Notes under the pieces: model-generated
What the model was told of the DNA's origin: nothing
The model's input: the letters and a program-made list of their open reading frames with translations, nothing else
Database searches by the model: none
Part shown: piece by piece, positions 1-8,239 of the stretch
Position numbering within the stretch: the first letter of the stretch is position 1
How the letters are laid out: every line of letters starts with the position of its first letter
Program-made: the position numbers and the translations under genes
Source: Abditibacteriaceae bacterium
GTDB lineage: Bacteria > Armatimonadota > Abditibacteriia > Abditibacteriales > Abditibacteriaceae
Reading direction: 5' to 3'
DNA: 19,208 nt
Assembly: GCA_031372065.1 (NCBI GenBank)
Contig: JANMKN010000100.1
Location: forward strand, 1-19,208

Positions 1-904
1 ATGCACCGCGCCGCACGAGGTCGCCGGTTTTATAGCGCAGCAACGGCGAGCCGGGGCGGCCCAGATTGGTCAGCACCAACTCGCCGATTTCGCCTGCCGC
101 CACGGCGCCTTGCGGGCCGATGATTTCCGGGAAATACCACTCTTCAATGACGTGCAAAACGCCGGGCCGCACGGGACATTGGTAAGTCACCGGGCCGATT
201 TCGGTCATGCCATGATGATCGAAAACGCGCGCTCCAGGCCATAAACTTTCGATACGGCTTCGCACAGCCGCGATACTGCCGCCCGGTTCGCCCGCTACTA
301 TAATGGTCTTCACCGGCGAGTTTTCCAAGCCGTTGATTTGCGCCGTTTCGCCTAAGCGAATTGCATAAGTCGGCGTGCAGCACACAACCGAAGCGTTGTT
401 GTCCCAGATGGCGCGCAAGCGGCCTTCGGTGGAAAGCCCGCCGCCGGGAATGCACAAATTACCGCGCCTTGTCGCGCTTTCAAATGCCGTCCAAAAACCG
501 AGAAAAGGCCCGAAGGAAAACGCGAAGAAAATGTGGTCTTGCGGCTGCACCTTGGCCGCCGAGAAAACCTCATTCCAGCAGTCCAATAGCGCGCTCCAGC
601 TTTCGTTGGTATCAAGCCAACGCAACGGCGCGCCGCTGGTGCCGCTGGTCTGATTGAAGCGCGTGTAATTCGCTAAATCAAAGGTAAGATTACTGCCGTA
701 AGGCGGCTTTTTTTGTTGATCGGCAACCAGTTCCGCTTTAAAAGTAAAGGGCGCGCGGGCCGAAAAATCTTCGAGCGATTCGACACAAAAATCAGCGCCC
801 AACTTTTGCGAATAAAAGGAATTAGGCGGCAGAATTTTCGTTAATAAGCCGCGCAGTTTTGTCAACTGCGCGGCTTCGATTTGCGCGCGCGAATCGAATT
901 TCAT
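1..904 (-). CDS. Phenylacetate-CoA ligase (PaaK)-family aromatic acid-CoA ligase, 3' end truncated by window edge; absent from the supplied ORF track
   Basis: Manual translation gives an open frame from the ATG at 904, which overlaps the thioesterase TGA as ATGA, to the window edge: MKFDSRAQIEAAQLTKLRGLLTKIL...PFTFKAEL...QTSGTSGAPLRW...FSFGPFLGFW...CTPTYA...AGEPGG...DHHGMTEIGP...GELVLTNLGRPGSPLLRYKTGDLV. It contains the ANL P-loop (TSGTSG), the YGxTE-like motif (HGMTE) and the RYxTGD motif. Confidence 0.9.
   Translation of the reverse strand, partial: MKFDSRAQIEAAQLTKLRGLLTKILPPNSFYSQKLGADFCVESLEDFSARAPFTFKAELVADQQKKPPYGSNLTFDLANYTRFNQTSGTSGAPLRWLDTNESWSALLDCWNEVFSAAKVQPQDHIFFAFSFGPFLGFWTAFESATRRGNLCIPGGGLSTEGRLRAIWDNNASVVCCTPTYAIRLGETAQINGLENSPVKTIIVAGEPGGSIAAVRSRIESLWPGARVFDHHGMTEIGPVTYQCPVRPGVLHVIEEWYFPEIIGPQGAVAAGEIGELVLTNLGRPGSPLLRYKTGDLVRRGA
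846..898. repeat. Two tandem palindromes inside the 5' end of the PaaK-like CDS
   Basis: aagccgcgcagtt(846-858)-ttgtc-aactgcgcggctt(864-876) is a perfect 13-bp stem. ttcgatttgcgcgcgcgaatcgaa (875-898) is a 24-nt palindrome with one mismatched pair. Confidence 0.75.
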
Positions 905-1335
905 TGAGGCGCGACCTCAATTTGCGCAGAAATGTTTTCGGGAATCGGAACCGCTTTCATGACCCCGCTTTCGCTGTCCCATGCCACGCACACAGCAGTC
1001 ACTTCGCCGATAGCCGCTTCGATGCGATTTTCACCTTCGATTTTGGAAATGCGAAATTGATATGTCACCGATTTGGCACGCTTTTCCTTGACCAATAAAT
1101 GAATTTCCGCTTCGTCTTCAAAACGCAGCGGCGACTTATATTCGCACTTGGCTGCCACGCGCGGCCAGCCCACATGATTGGCTTCTTTGCCTTGATGAAT
1201 CGAAAAACCAATGGAGCGAAAGAAGGCGTGTTCGGCGTCTTCCATCCACGCAAAAAAATGCGAAAAATGCACGATGCCCGCCATATCCGTTTCGCGAAAC
1301 GCCACCCGGCGCGTAACTTTGATTTCGTAAGCCAT
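901..1335 (-). CDS. Hotdog-fold acyl-CoA thioesterase (4-hydroxybenzoyl-CoA thioesterase/YbgC family)
   Basis: 144 aa. The N-terminal RVAFRETDMAGIVHFSHFFAWMEDAEH matches the DTDxxGxV(Y/H)xxxY catalytic-Asp motif, followed by CEYKSPLRFED. Confidence 0.88.
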   Translation of the reverse strand: MAYEIKVTRRVAFRETDMAGIVHFSHFFAWMEDAEHAFFRSIGFSIHQGKEANHVGWPRVAAKCEYKSPLRFEDEAEIHLLVKEKRAKSVTYQFRISKIEGENRIEAAIGEVTAVCVAWDSESGVMKAVPIPENISAQIEVAPQ

Positions 1336-1336
1336 A

Positions 1337-2620
1337 TTAAATTAAAGTTTCAATGACTTTCAGGAAATTTTTCGCCATGACCTCAGCGCTGAAATAACGT
1401 TCGGTCATTTGCCGAGCGTGTTGGCCGACTTCGCGCGCCGCTAAGGGGTTGGCAAGCAATTTTTCAATGGCATCGGCCAGCGATTCCGCATCGTTTGGCT
1501 CACACAAAACACCGCCGCCGGTTTCGGCAATCAGTTCGGGATAAGCGCCGCTTTTTGGCTGTGCGACGGGCACGCCGCAGGCCCACGCTTCCAGCAAATA
1601 AAGACCAAACGCTTCGCCATAAGTCGCGGGCACACTGAGCGCTGACAAGCTTTGCAAGAATCGGATTTTCTCTTCGCGCGAAAGCGGCGGCAAAAAGCGC
1701 GCGTGATCTTCAAACCCGGCCTTGCAAATTTTTTCTTGCTGCTCGGCGACAAAAATCTCATCGCCAAATGCACGCGTGCCCGACACGCGCAATTGCAAAT
1801 CCGGCACGGTTTGGCGTTTTTTCAAACTGATAAACGCGTCCACAACGGTATGCAATCCCTTGGCGGGGCAGTTGCGCGCGAAAAAACCAAGTGTTGGATG
1901 CGGCGGAATTTCGGGCGCGGGCGCGAAGCCCTCTAAATTAATCCCATTGTAAACGACGTGCATTTTTTCGCGGGGCAAATTGAGAATTTTCGTCATGGTG
2001 TCAGCGAAATACTCGCTGATTGTTATCAAGGCTTCGCATTCCGCCGCGCGCTGGCTCATTGTCTGCCATGTTTGCGTTTTATACGGCTCATCCAAGCCAT
2101 TGACAAACGAATCTTCGCCTTGAAAACAGCAAACAATCGGCACATTAAATTCTTGTTTGAGCCGACGCGCCACGCCGAGCAATAAGCTGTTGGACAAGCA
2201 AATCACATCGGGACTGGTATTGTCTTTGGCCCAATGCGCAAGGCGTTCAATTTCTTTTTTTTGCTGTCCGAGTTCGCCTTGAATCATCGAAAGCGTGATG
2301 TCACCCAATTCTTTGGGCGAAGTCGCTCCGGCACGTTTTCCCGCAGCAGCTAAAAGCGCGGGCGAATCGAAAATTTGGTCTATCCAGCGCGGCGTATGGC
2401 GAAAAAACGCCGATTTTTGCTGCAAATAGGCATTGACGCCGCCCATCATGACCGGCATTCCAGCACCTGTGTTTTCTTCATCCAGCGTTAGCGGCATATA
2501 CAGCGGCAGCATGGTCGCGTCATGCCCCAAAGCGCGCAGTTCCTTCACCAAGGCGTTGTCGCGCATACAAGAGCCACAATAGAAACTCCCCGTCCCAGAT
2601 GTAAGATAAAGAATGCGCAT
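1337..2620 (-). CDS. Glycosyltransferase family 4 (GT-B fold)
   Basis: 427 aa. Motifs include MRILYLT..., ELRALGHD, VVYNGINL, the EX7E motif EAFGLYLLE-AWACGVPV, and GGVLCEPNDAESLADAI. Confidence 0.9.
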   Translation of the reverse strand: MRILYLTSGTGSFYCGSCMRDNALVKELRALGHDATMLPLYMPLTLDEENTGAGMPVMMGGVNAYLQQKSAFFRHTPRWIDQIFDSPALLAAAGKRAGATSPKELGDITLSMIQGELGQQKKEIERLAHWAKDNTSPDVICLSNSLLLGVARRLKQEFNVPIVCCFQGEDSFVNGLDEPYKTQTWQTMSQRAAECEALITISEYFADTMTKILNLPREKMHVVYNGINLEGFAPAPEIPPHPTLGFFARNCPAKGLHTVVDAFISLKKRQTVPDLQLRVSGTRAFGDEIFVAEQQEKICKAGFEDHARFLPPLSREEKIRFLQSLSALSVPATYGEAFGLYLLEAWACGVPVAQPKSGAYPELIAETGGGVLCEPNDAESLADAIEKLLANPLAAREVGQHARQMTERYFSAEVMAKNFLKVIETLI

Positions 2621-2636
2621 TTTTCGAATTTTTATT

Positions 2637-2666
2637 CACCGCAGAGAACGCGGGGGTCGCGGAGAT
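2637..2666. repeat. Degenerate 9-nt-period repeat (CGCRGRG units), REP-like half element in the spacer
   Basis: cac-cgcagagaa(2640)-cgcgggggt(2649)-cgcggagat(2658) lies in the 77-bp gap between the chorismate-lyase-like and GT4 genes. Confidence 0.4.
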
Positions 2667-2697
2667 TTTTGAGATTTAGAGATTGAAGAGGATCAAT

Positions 2698-3225
2698 TTA
2701 AGGCAAGATTTCCACGATTTCCGCCAGAGCGATGCCATTTGGCGATGACAAACGATTGCACCTGCCATATAAAACGGCTGCTGCTTTTTCGTGTAGCGCC
2801 TGACAAATCAAGTCATCGGCTACGACGCGAAAAAACGCTTGCGGAGACGAGACAAAACCAATGTGTTCTTCGTGAAGAATAGTGCCCAGAGGATGATCGC
2901 GGGCCAAAATCAACTCGCGTGCGGGCGCTGAAAAAGCAGGCAGATGAATCGTAATCGCGCCAAATTCTATCGGCTTTCGAGAACCGTCCAACTCCAAAAC
3001 CACAAGGCGCGCATAGGTTTCATCTTCGACATATTCCAAAGCCCGCACATGACAAGGCGTGCCGTGGAATCGCTCAAGTGTCGAAGTCATATCGCGCTCA
3101 TGCACCAGCAGCGATTGATGCGGTTGCGGCATGGTTTCGCCGCTGATGATTTCGATTTCCGGCAAAGGTGTGCCGGCGCGCTGATAGAATTTTTCCAACG
3201 GCGCAAAAGGGCTTGAATCGCTCAT
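2698..3225 (-). CDS. Chorismate pyruvate-lyase-like protein (UbiC/Rv2949c/UTRA-type fold)
   Basis: Start re-assigned to the ATG at 3225 (MSDSSPFAPL, 175 aa), which removes a 53-bp overlap with the upstream gene. LLVHERDMTSTLE, YARLVVL, PIEFGAITI, PLGTIL, LYGRCNRL and a terminal IVEILP parallel the motif order of chorismate lyases. Confidence 0.6.
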   Translation of the reverse strand: MSDSSPFAPLEKFYQRAGTPLPEIEIISGETMPQPHQSLLVHERDMTSTLERFHGTPCHVRALEYVEDETYARLVVLELDGSRKPIEFGAITIHLPAFSAPARELILARDHPLGTILHEEHIGFVSSPQAFFRVVADDLICQALHEKAAAVLYGRCNRLSSPNGIALAEIVEILP

Positions 3226-3238
3226 AAAAATCGCTACC

Positions 3239-4558
3239 CTATTTTGCGGCGCGGTGCTGGGGCAGGAAAAATTCGTGCAGCAAGCGGTCAACCATCAATA
3301 ATCCGTCGCGCGTTAATTCCAGTTTGCCGTCTTCGATTTTTGCCACGCCCCAATCCTGCAAGCGCGCCAAAGGCACAGCAAACTTTTCTTCGACATGGGC
3401 ATCGAATTTTTTGTTAAAGTAAGCAAATTCAAGATGACCAAGCTTCATTTGCAAAATAAATTCGCGCACCAAAAGTTCTTCTTGTGTCGGAATTAAAGCG
3501 CGATAAATCGGCAGTTCGCCCCTGTCAACGGCTTCAATGTAAGGCACAAAGTTGGCCTCGTTTTGATAATGCACGCCGCCGATATGACCAAACGACGACA
3601 CGCCAACCGCCAATAAATCGGCGCCTTCCCACAAACGATCCCGGTAAACGAATTTGGTTTTTTCGGGATTTTTCACTGCGGTATAAGCGCTGCTGACCGT
3701 ATAGCCATGTTGCTCCATTTCACGGAAAGCGTAGTCCACCCAATGACGCTTTTCACTCCATGTAGCAACCGGCGCGACGTCGGTGCCTTCTTCTTTCATG
3801 CCTTTGAAAATCGTCGTGTTATACGGAATTTCCATCTGGTAAATCGTCACGCTGTCGGGCGCCAGTTCAATCGCTTGACGCACGCATTCGCGCCAGTTTT
3901 CTTCGGTTTCGCCGAGCATTCCCGCTATTAAATCAATGTTGATTTGCGGAAATCCCGCCGCCCGCGCAAAGCCATAAGCGCGATGAATTTCTTTCGATTC
4001 GTGAGCGCGCCCATTCAAGCGCAAAAGTTCATCGGTAAAGTTTTCGATGCCAAGACTCAAACGTGTCACGCCGATTTCGCGCAAGACGTTGATTTTATGC
4101 TCCGTCAGCGTGCCCGGTTCACATTCAAAAGTCACCTCTTCCACTTCGTCCCACGGCAAAAGCGCTTTCATGCCATCGGTCAGTTGCAAAAGCTGTGTTG
4201 TGCTTAAATAACTGGGCGTGCCGCCGCCAAAGTAGATGAAATTCGGCTTGCGCCCGCCGATAAACGGCTTGGCGGCATAGGTTTTGAGTTCGCTTAAAAC
4301 GCGATCTACATAACCGGCGATTTGCTGGGCATTTTTGTCGGTGTAAACCTTGAAATAACAAAAATGGCAGCGGCGACGGCAAAAGGGAATATGCGCGTAA
4401 AGCCCCAAAACGGTGCCCGGTTTGGGCGCTTTTTCGAGAACCGCCTGCGCGTCCTGAGCGGCGTCTTGTGTCCAAAAACTATACGTCGGATAATTCGACA
4501 CGAAGTAACCACCCGCGTGCGTTTTATCATCCAGTTCCAAAGGGATCGTTGCCGTCAT
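3239..4558 (-). CDS. HemN-like (coproporphyrinogen III oxidase family) radical SAM enzyme, probably not a heme enzyme
   Basis: Motifs: YAHIPFCRRRCHFC (CxxxCxxC), IYFGGGTPS, TFECEPGT, RLSLGIENF, INIDLIAG. The start at 4558 (MTATIPL) has AAGGA 5 nt upstream. Confidence 0.88.
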   Translation of the reverse strand: MTATIPLELDDKTHAGGYFVSNYPTYSFWTQDAAQDAQAVLEKAPKPGTVLGLYAHIPFCRRRCHFCYFKVYTDKNAQQIAGYVDRVLSELKTYAAKPFIGGRKPNFIYFGGGTPSYLSTTQLLQLTDGMKALLPWDEVEEVTFECEPGTLTEHKINVLREIGVTRLSLGIENFTDELLRLNGRAHESKEIHRAYGFARAAGFPQINIDLIAGMLGETEENWRECVRQAIELAPDSVTIYQMEIPYNTTIFKGMKEEGTDVAPVATWSEKRHWVDYAFREMEQHGYTVSSAYTAVKNPEKTKFVYRDRLWEGADLLAVGVSSFGHIGGVHYQNEANFVPYIEAVDRGELPIYRALIPTQEELLVREFILQMKLGHLEFAYFNKKFDAHVEEKFAVPLARLQDWGVAKIEDGKLELTRDGLLMVDRLLHEFFLPQHRAAK

Positions 4559-4566
4559 AATTTTCC

Positions 4567-4764
4567 TTAGCGGATAAACGTCACCGGACACATCTCCGCT
4601 GCAATGTGCTGCAATTCCTTCCGGTCAGAAGTGTAAAACTCGCCGCCAATTCGCCGCGCTAAGGCCAAACCACAAGCATCGCCCAAGACGATTTTATGTC
4701 TGGCAAAGCGCACCGAAAGAATCAAAAACCCTACGTCGCGCCAGAACGCCGCATCCAACATCAT
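4567..4764 (-). pseudogene. C-terminal fragment of a PIN-domain (VapC-like) toxin
   Basis: 65 aa. LDAAFWRDVG...IVLGDACGLALARRIGGEFYTSDRKEL...CPVTFIR fits the PIN C-terminal D-x-x-x-x-A-x-A...T-x-D pattern. The N-terminal xxDT/S strand and the antitoxin are missing. Confidence 0.62.
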
Positions 4765-5879
4765 TTAAAACCGTAAACAGTGCCGTTTTCTGAGCCGACG
4801 ACAATTAAACCATCAGCAACGGCGGGCGCGCCGGTTATAGGTTTGCCTGCATCAAACGACCACGTTTGCTTGCCATTGGCGGCATTGACCACAAACAAGC
4901 GGCCATTTTCCGCGCCGAAAACAAGTTTGCCATCGCATAAAACCGGTGACGAATCCACTTTGCCGTTGGCGCTAAACGTCCAGAGCGCTTTGCCAGTGTT
5001 GCGCGACAAACAATGCAAGCGTTTATCGCGCGAACCCACGAAAATGCGATCACTCGAAAGCGCTGCTGATGAAAAAAACGGAAACGAGCGATCTCGATAT
5101 TCCCATTTGATTTTCTTGGCGTTTACATCCACTTTTTGAAACTCATTGCCGTAACTGCCAACGTAAATATCGCTGCCACTCATCGCCGCCGAAGCCGCAA
5201 TATAAGCGCCGGATTCCACTTCGCCGACTTTTTTGCCGTTGCTCAGTGACACAATATGAATCTTGCCGTCGCAACCGCCAAAAACCGCTCTACCACCGCC
5301 AATGGCCGGGCTGCCGTTAATGTAATTATCAGTCTCGTAACTCCACACAGGTTTGCCGGTTTTGGCATCCAAACAGTAAAGTTTGTTGTCATACGAGCCA
5401 AAAACGATGCGCAAAACGCCATTAGAGGCCTTAAACCAGTTCGCGCCGCCGAGAATTTTATCGCCGGTTTTGAATTTCCATTTTTCCTTGCCGGTATTGG
5501 CATCCAACGCGTAAAAATAACGATCCGAGGCGCCCATATACACCACGCCATTCAAAACCAGAGGCGCCGATTCGATTTCATCTTTTGTTTCGTGGTGCCA
5601 GATTTTCTGCCCGTTTTTGGCATTCAGACAATACAAATTGCCGTCCAACGAACCAATATAAACGCGGCCTTTGACAATGGCTGGCGCGCCGGTCACGCCA
5701 CGTCCGGTTTTGAATTGCCAGAGTAATTTTGGCGAAGCAGCCATTTTGCCGTAAGCCACGCCCGTTTGCCCCGTATTGCCACGAAACTGCGGCCAATCGG
5801 CAGCGTGAGACACATTAGGCGAGGCAGCCAAAACTATCGCCGCTATCAAACGAAAAGGCTTTTCAAAACGCTTTTTCAT
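4761..5879 (-). CDS. Secreted PQQ-like beta-propeller repeat protein
   Basis: Start re-assigned to the ATG at 5879 (MKKRFEKPFRLIAAIVLAASPNVSHA|ADWPQFRG), giving a Sec signal peptide. It has about 8 regular repeats of SxPxx.xGxVYxGSxDxxLYCLxAxxGxxxW. Confidence 0.88.
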   Translation of the reverse strand: MKKRFEKPFRLIAAIVLAASPNVSHAADWPQFRGNTGQTGVAYGKMAASPKLLWQFKTGRGVTGAPAIVKGRVYIGSLDGNLYCLNAKNGQKIWHHETKDEIESAPLVLNGVVYMGASDRYFYALDANTGKEKWKFKTGDKILGGANWFKASNGVLRIVFGSYDNKLYCLDAKTGKPVWSYETDNYINGSPAIGGGRAVFGGCDGKIHIVSLSNGKKVGEVESGAYIAASAAMSGSDIYVGSYGNEFQKVDVNAKKIKWEYRDRSFPFFSSAALSSDRIFVGSRDKRLHCLSRNTGKALWTFSANGKVDSSPVLCDGKLVFGAENGRLFVVNAANGKQTWSFDAGKPITGAPAVADGLIVVGSENGTVYGFK

Positions 5880-6978
5880 ACAACTCTTCAAACTCCGCTG
5901 TGCCGATTTCGCGCGGATTAAATGTCGCTGTCCATTGCTTTGCCGCTTCCTCTGCCAGTTGCGCAATCGCTTCGCGCCGCACGCCGCACTCGCGCAAATT
6001 GCGCGGCAATTTTCCGATTTCCAACAATTCCTCAAGGCGCGTCGCTAACTTTTCCGCGTCGCCAAACAAGGTTTCATATTCGCGCCACGCTTCCTCGTCC
6101 TGCGCGTTAAAACGCACCACATGAGGCAACATGACGCCGACAGCATGGCCGTGAACGGTGCCGAAATGCGCCGTAAGTGGATTGGCCGCCGCGTGCGCCG
6201 CGCCGAGCATCGAATTTTCAATGGCTGTCCCGGCCCACGCCGCGCCGAGTTGCATGGCACCCAGCGCTTTTACATTTTCCGGCTCTTGCAAAGCGAGAGC
6301 GAAATTATTTTCAATCAAGCGAAACGCTTCGCGCGAGAATAATTGGGATAACACGGTGCGCTTTTTCGTGACAGCGGTTTCCACCGCGTGCGAAAGCGCA
6401 TCCATGCCAGTTGCCGCAGCCACAGCACGCGGCTGCGTGAGAGCAAGTTCCGGGTCGAGAATCGCCACGCGCGCCGCCGCTTTCGCGTCGCCGCACGCCA
6501 TTTTCAAATGCGTGTTTTCGTCGGCAATCAAAGCGAACGACTGGCATTCGCTGCCCGTTCCTGTTGTGGTCGGAATCGCAATCAGTGGCAAAAGCGGCGA
6601 ATGCGCTTTGCCGATGCCTTGATAATCGCGCATTTGCCCGCCGTTGGTCAGCAGGAAATTGCAACCTTTTGCCGTATCCATGCTGGAGCCACCGCCCAAA
6701 CCGATAATGAAATCAACTTCGGCGGCGCGGGCGATTTGCAGGCAGGCATCCACATCGCGCGTGGTCGGGTTTTCATGAACACCATCGAAAACCGCCACCT
6801 GCAAACCGGCACTTCCCAAAAAATCAGCGGCGCGCGATGCGTGTCCCGCTTTGACGATGCCTGCATCAGTCACCAACAACACGCGCCGCGCGCCGTTTTC
6901 TCGCGCCAATTCACCCAATTGCTGCAAACATCCTGCGCCCGCAATAACCCGTGTGCGCGGATGATAATCGAAATTCAT
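5863..6978 (-). CDS. Iron-containing (group III) alcohol dehydrogenase
   Basis: 371 aa. Motifs: ENPT, GLGGGSSMDTAK, IPTTTGTGSE, LDPEL, and metal ligands in DALSHAVE, AAHA and VHGH. Confidence 0.93.
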   Translation of the reverse strand: MNFDYHPRTRVIAGAGCLQQLGELARENGARRVLLVTDAGIVKAGHASRAADFLGSAGLQVAVFDGVHENPTTRDVDACLQIARAAEVDFIIGLGGGSSMDTAKGCNFLLTNGGQMRDYQGIGKAHSPLLPLIAIPTTTGTGSECQSFALIADENTHLKMACGDAKAAARVAILDPELALTQPRAVAAATGMDALSHAVETAVTKKRTVLSQLFSREAFRLIENNFALALQEPENVKALGAMQLGAAWAGTAIENSMLGAAHAAANPLTAHFGTVHGHAVGVMLPHVVRFNAQDEEAWREYETLFGDAEKLATRLEELLEIGKLPRNLRECGVRREAIAQLAEEAAKQWTATFNPREIGTAEFEELYEKAF

Positions 6979-7009
6979 CCAAAACTTTCAACAAAAATTT
7001 GGCAAACAA

Positions 7010-8230
7010 TTACGGCAACTTGGCGATTTGCGGCTTGACATCCAAACACACGGCTTCGGTCATGCTGCGCGCGAAAATGCGGCCATTGGAAACCGTCGCC
7101 ATCGTCCAGCACTGACCGCCGAGTGGTTGCGCACGCGCCAGTTCTTCGTATTTTTCCGGCGTGGCTTTGACCAACACAATTTCGCCGCGATCATTTTGCA
7201 CAAGGACATCGCCGTCCACTAAAGTCGTCGCGCCTTGCCAAGCGAAACCGCCTTTTGTCCACACTTCTTTGCCAGTTGCCATTTCTATGCAACGCAAGCC
7301 ATCGCCGTTTTTATACAGACCATACAGATAGCCATCTTTGTAAACCGGCGTTGTCCAGTGGTTTTGCAAATCTTTGCTCGTCCACAATTCACTGACCGTC
7401 CATTTGTCGCCGTCTTTGCCGATTTTGGCGACACCCGAACCCATGCCATAAGCCGACGAAATGTAAACCATATCGCCGCCTACGATGGGCGAAGAAGCAC
7501 TCGAAACGCGATGCGGGAAAGTGTAGCGCCACAAAACTTCACCCGAAGTTGGCACAACCGAAACAAGGCCTTGGTCGGTGCGAAAAATCACTTGTCGCGT
7601 GCCAAACATTGTTACAGGCGTTGGTGTGGCGTGCGTCATGCCGTCGCTTTGGCCTTTCCACGCCAGCGCGCCGGTTTTCTTGTTGAAAGCCAGCAGCGAT
7701 TGGTCTTGCCCGCCGCCGCACATCAGAACTAAATCGCCTTCGATAACCGGCGAAGCAGCGTAGCCCCATTGAATGGTCTTGCCACCAAACTCATCGTTAA
7801 TCGAATGCTGCCAGACGGTTTTTCCATCCGCCGCATTGAGCGCCGCCAATTTACCGTAAGTGCCCAGCACATAAACCATGTCGCCATCAATAGCGGGCGT
7901 CGAACGAGGGCCGTTACCGCCTTGCCCATCATGAATCTTCTTGTCGAGCGGTGTGGCCCACAATTCCTTGCCGGTGCCCGATTCCATCGCAATGACAGTT
8001 TCCTGCTCGTCGCGCGATGCAAAACAATAAGCGCGGTCGCCAACAACCGAAACGGCGCTAAAACCCTCGCCCATCGGCACTTTCCAAACGGATTTGGGGC
8101 CTTCTGTCGGCCACGACTTAGCGATTTTTTCCGGCGACGCGCCATCGTGATTGACCCCACGATATTGCGGCCAATCGGCAGCTGTAGCGGGAAGCGCCAT
8201 TAACAAAGCGCCTAAAATTATTTTTTTCAT
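7010..8230 (-). CDS. Secreted PQQ-like beta-propeller repeat protein
   Basis: MKKIILGALLMALPATA|ADWPQYRG signal peptide, followed by repeats such as STPAIDGDMVYV...LAALNAADGKTVW. The RBS AGGAG overlaps the upstream stop codon. Confidence 0.88.
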   Translation of the reverse strand: MKKIILGALLMALPATAADWPQYRGVNHDGASPEKIAKSWPTEGPKSVWKVPMGEGFSAVSVVGDRAYCFASRDEQETVIAMESGTGKELWATPLDKKIHDGQGGNGPRSTPAIDGDMVYVLGTYGKLAALNAADGKTVWQHSINDEFGGKTIQWGYAASPVIEGDLVLMCGGGQDQSLLAFNKKTGALAWKGQSDGMTHATPTPVTMFGTRQVIFRTDQGLVSVVPTSGEVLWRYTFPHRVSSASSPIVGGDMVYISSAYGMGSGVAKIGKDGDKWTVSELWTSKDLQNHWTTPVYKDGYLYGLYKNGDGLRCIEMATGKEVWTKGGFAWQGATTLVDGDVLVQNDRGEIVLVKATPEKYEELARAQPLGGQCWTMATVSNGRIFARSMTEAVCLDVKPQIAKLP

Positions 8231-8239
8231 GAAAACTCC

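Noticed and set aside
144..657. Four short ORFs in the track (144-455, 352-615, 361-657, 375-653)
   Set aside because: They are shadow frames of the PaaK-like CDS, which occupies 1-904 on the minus strand with clear family motifs.
846..876. Rho-independent terminator after the thioesterase
   Set aside because: The hairpin lies inside the next coupled CDS and lacks a good U-tract on the coding strand.
3239..4558. Assigning the symbol hemN or hemW
   Set aside because: The diagnostic motifs of both are absent and there are no heme genes nearby.
5880..6035. ORF-track N-terminal extensions (also 3226-3291, 4559-4591, 19055-19144)
   Set aside because: They overlap upstream genes or repeats. The downstream ATGs give proper signal peptides, an RBS or sensible spacing.
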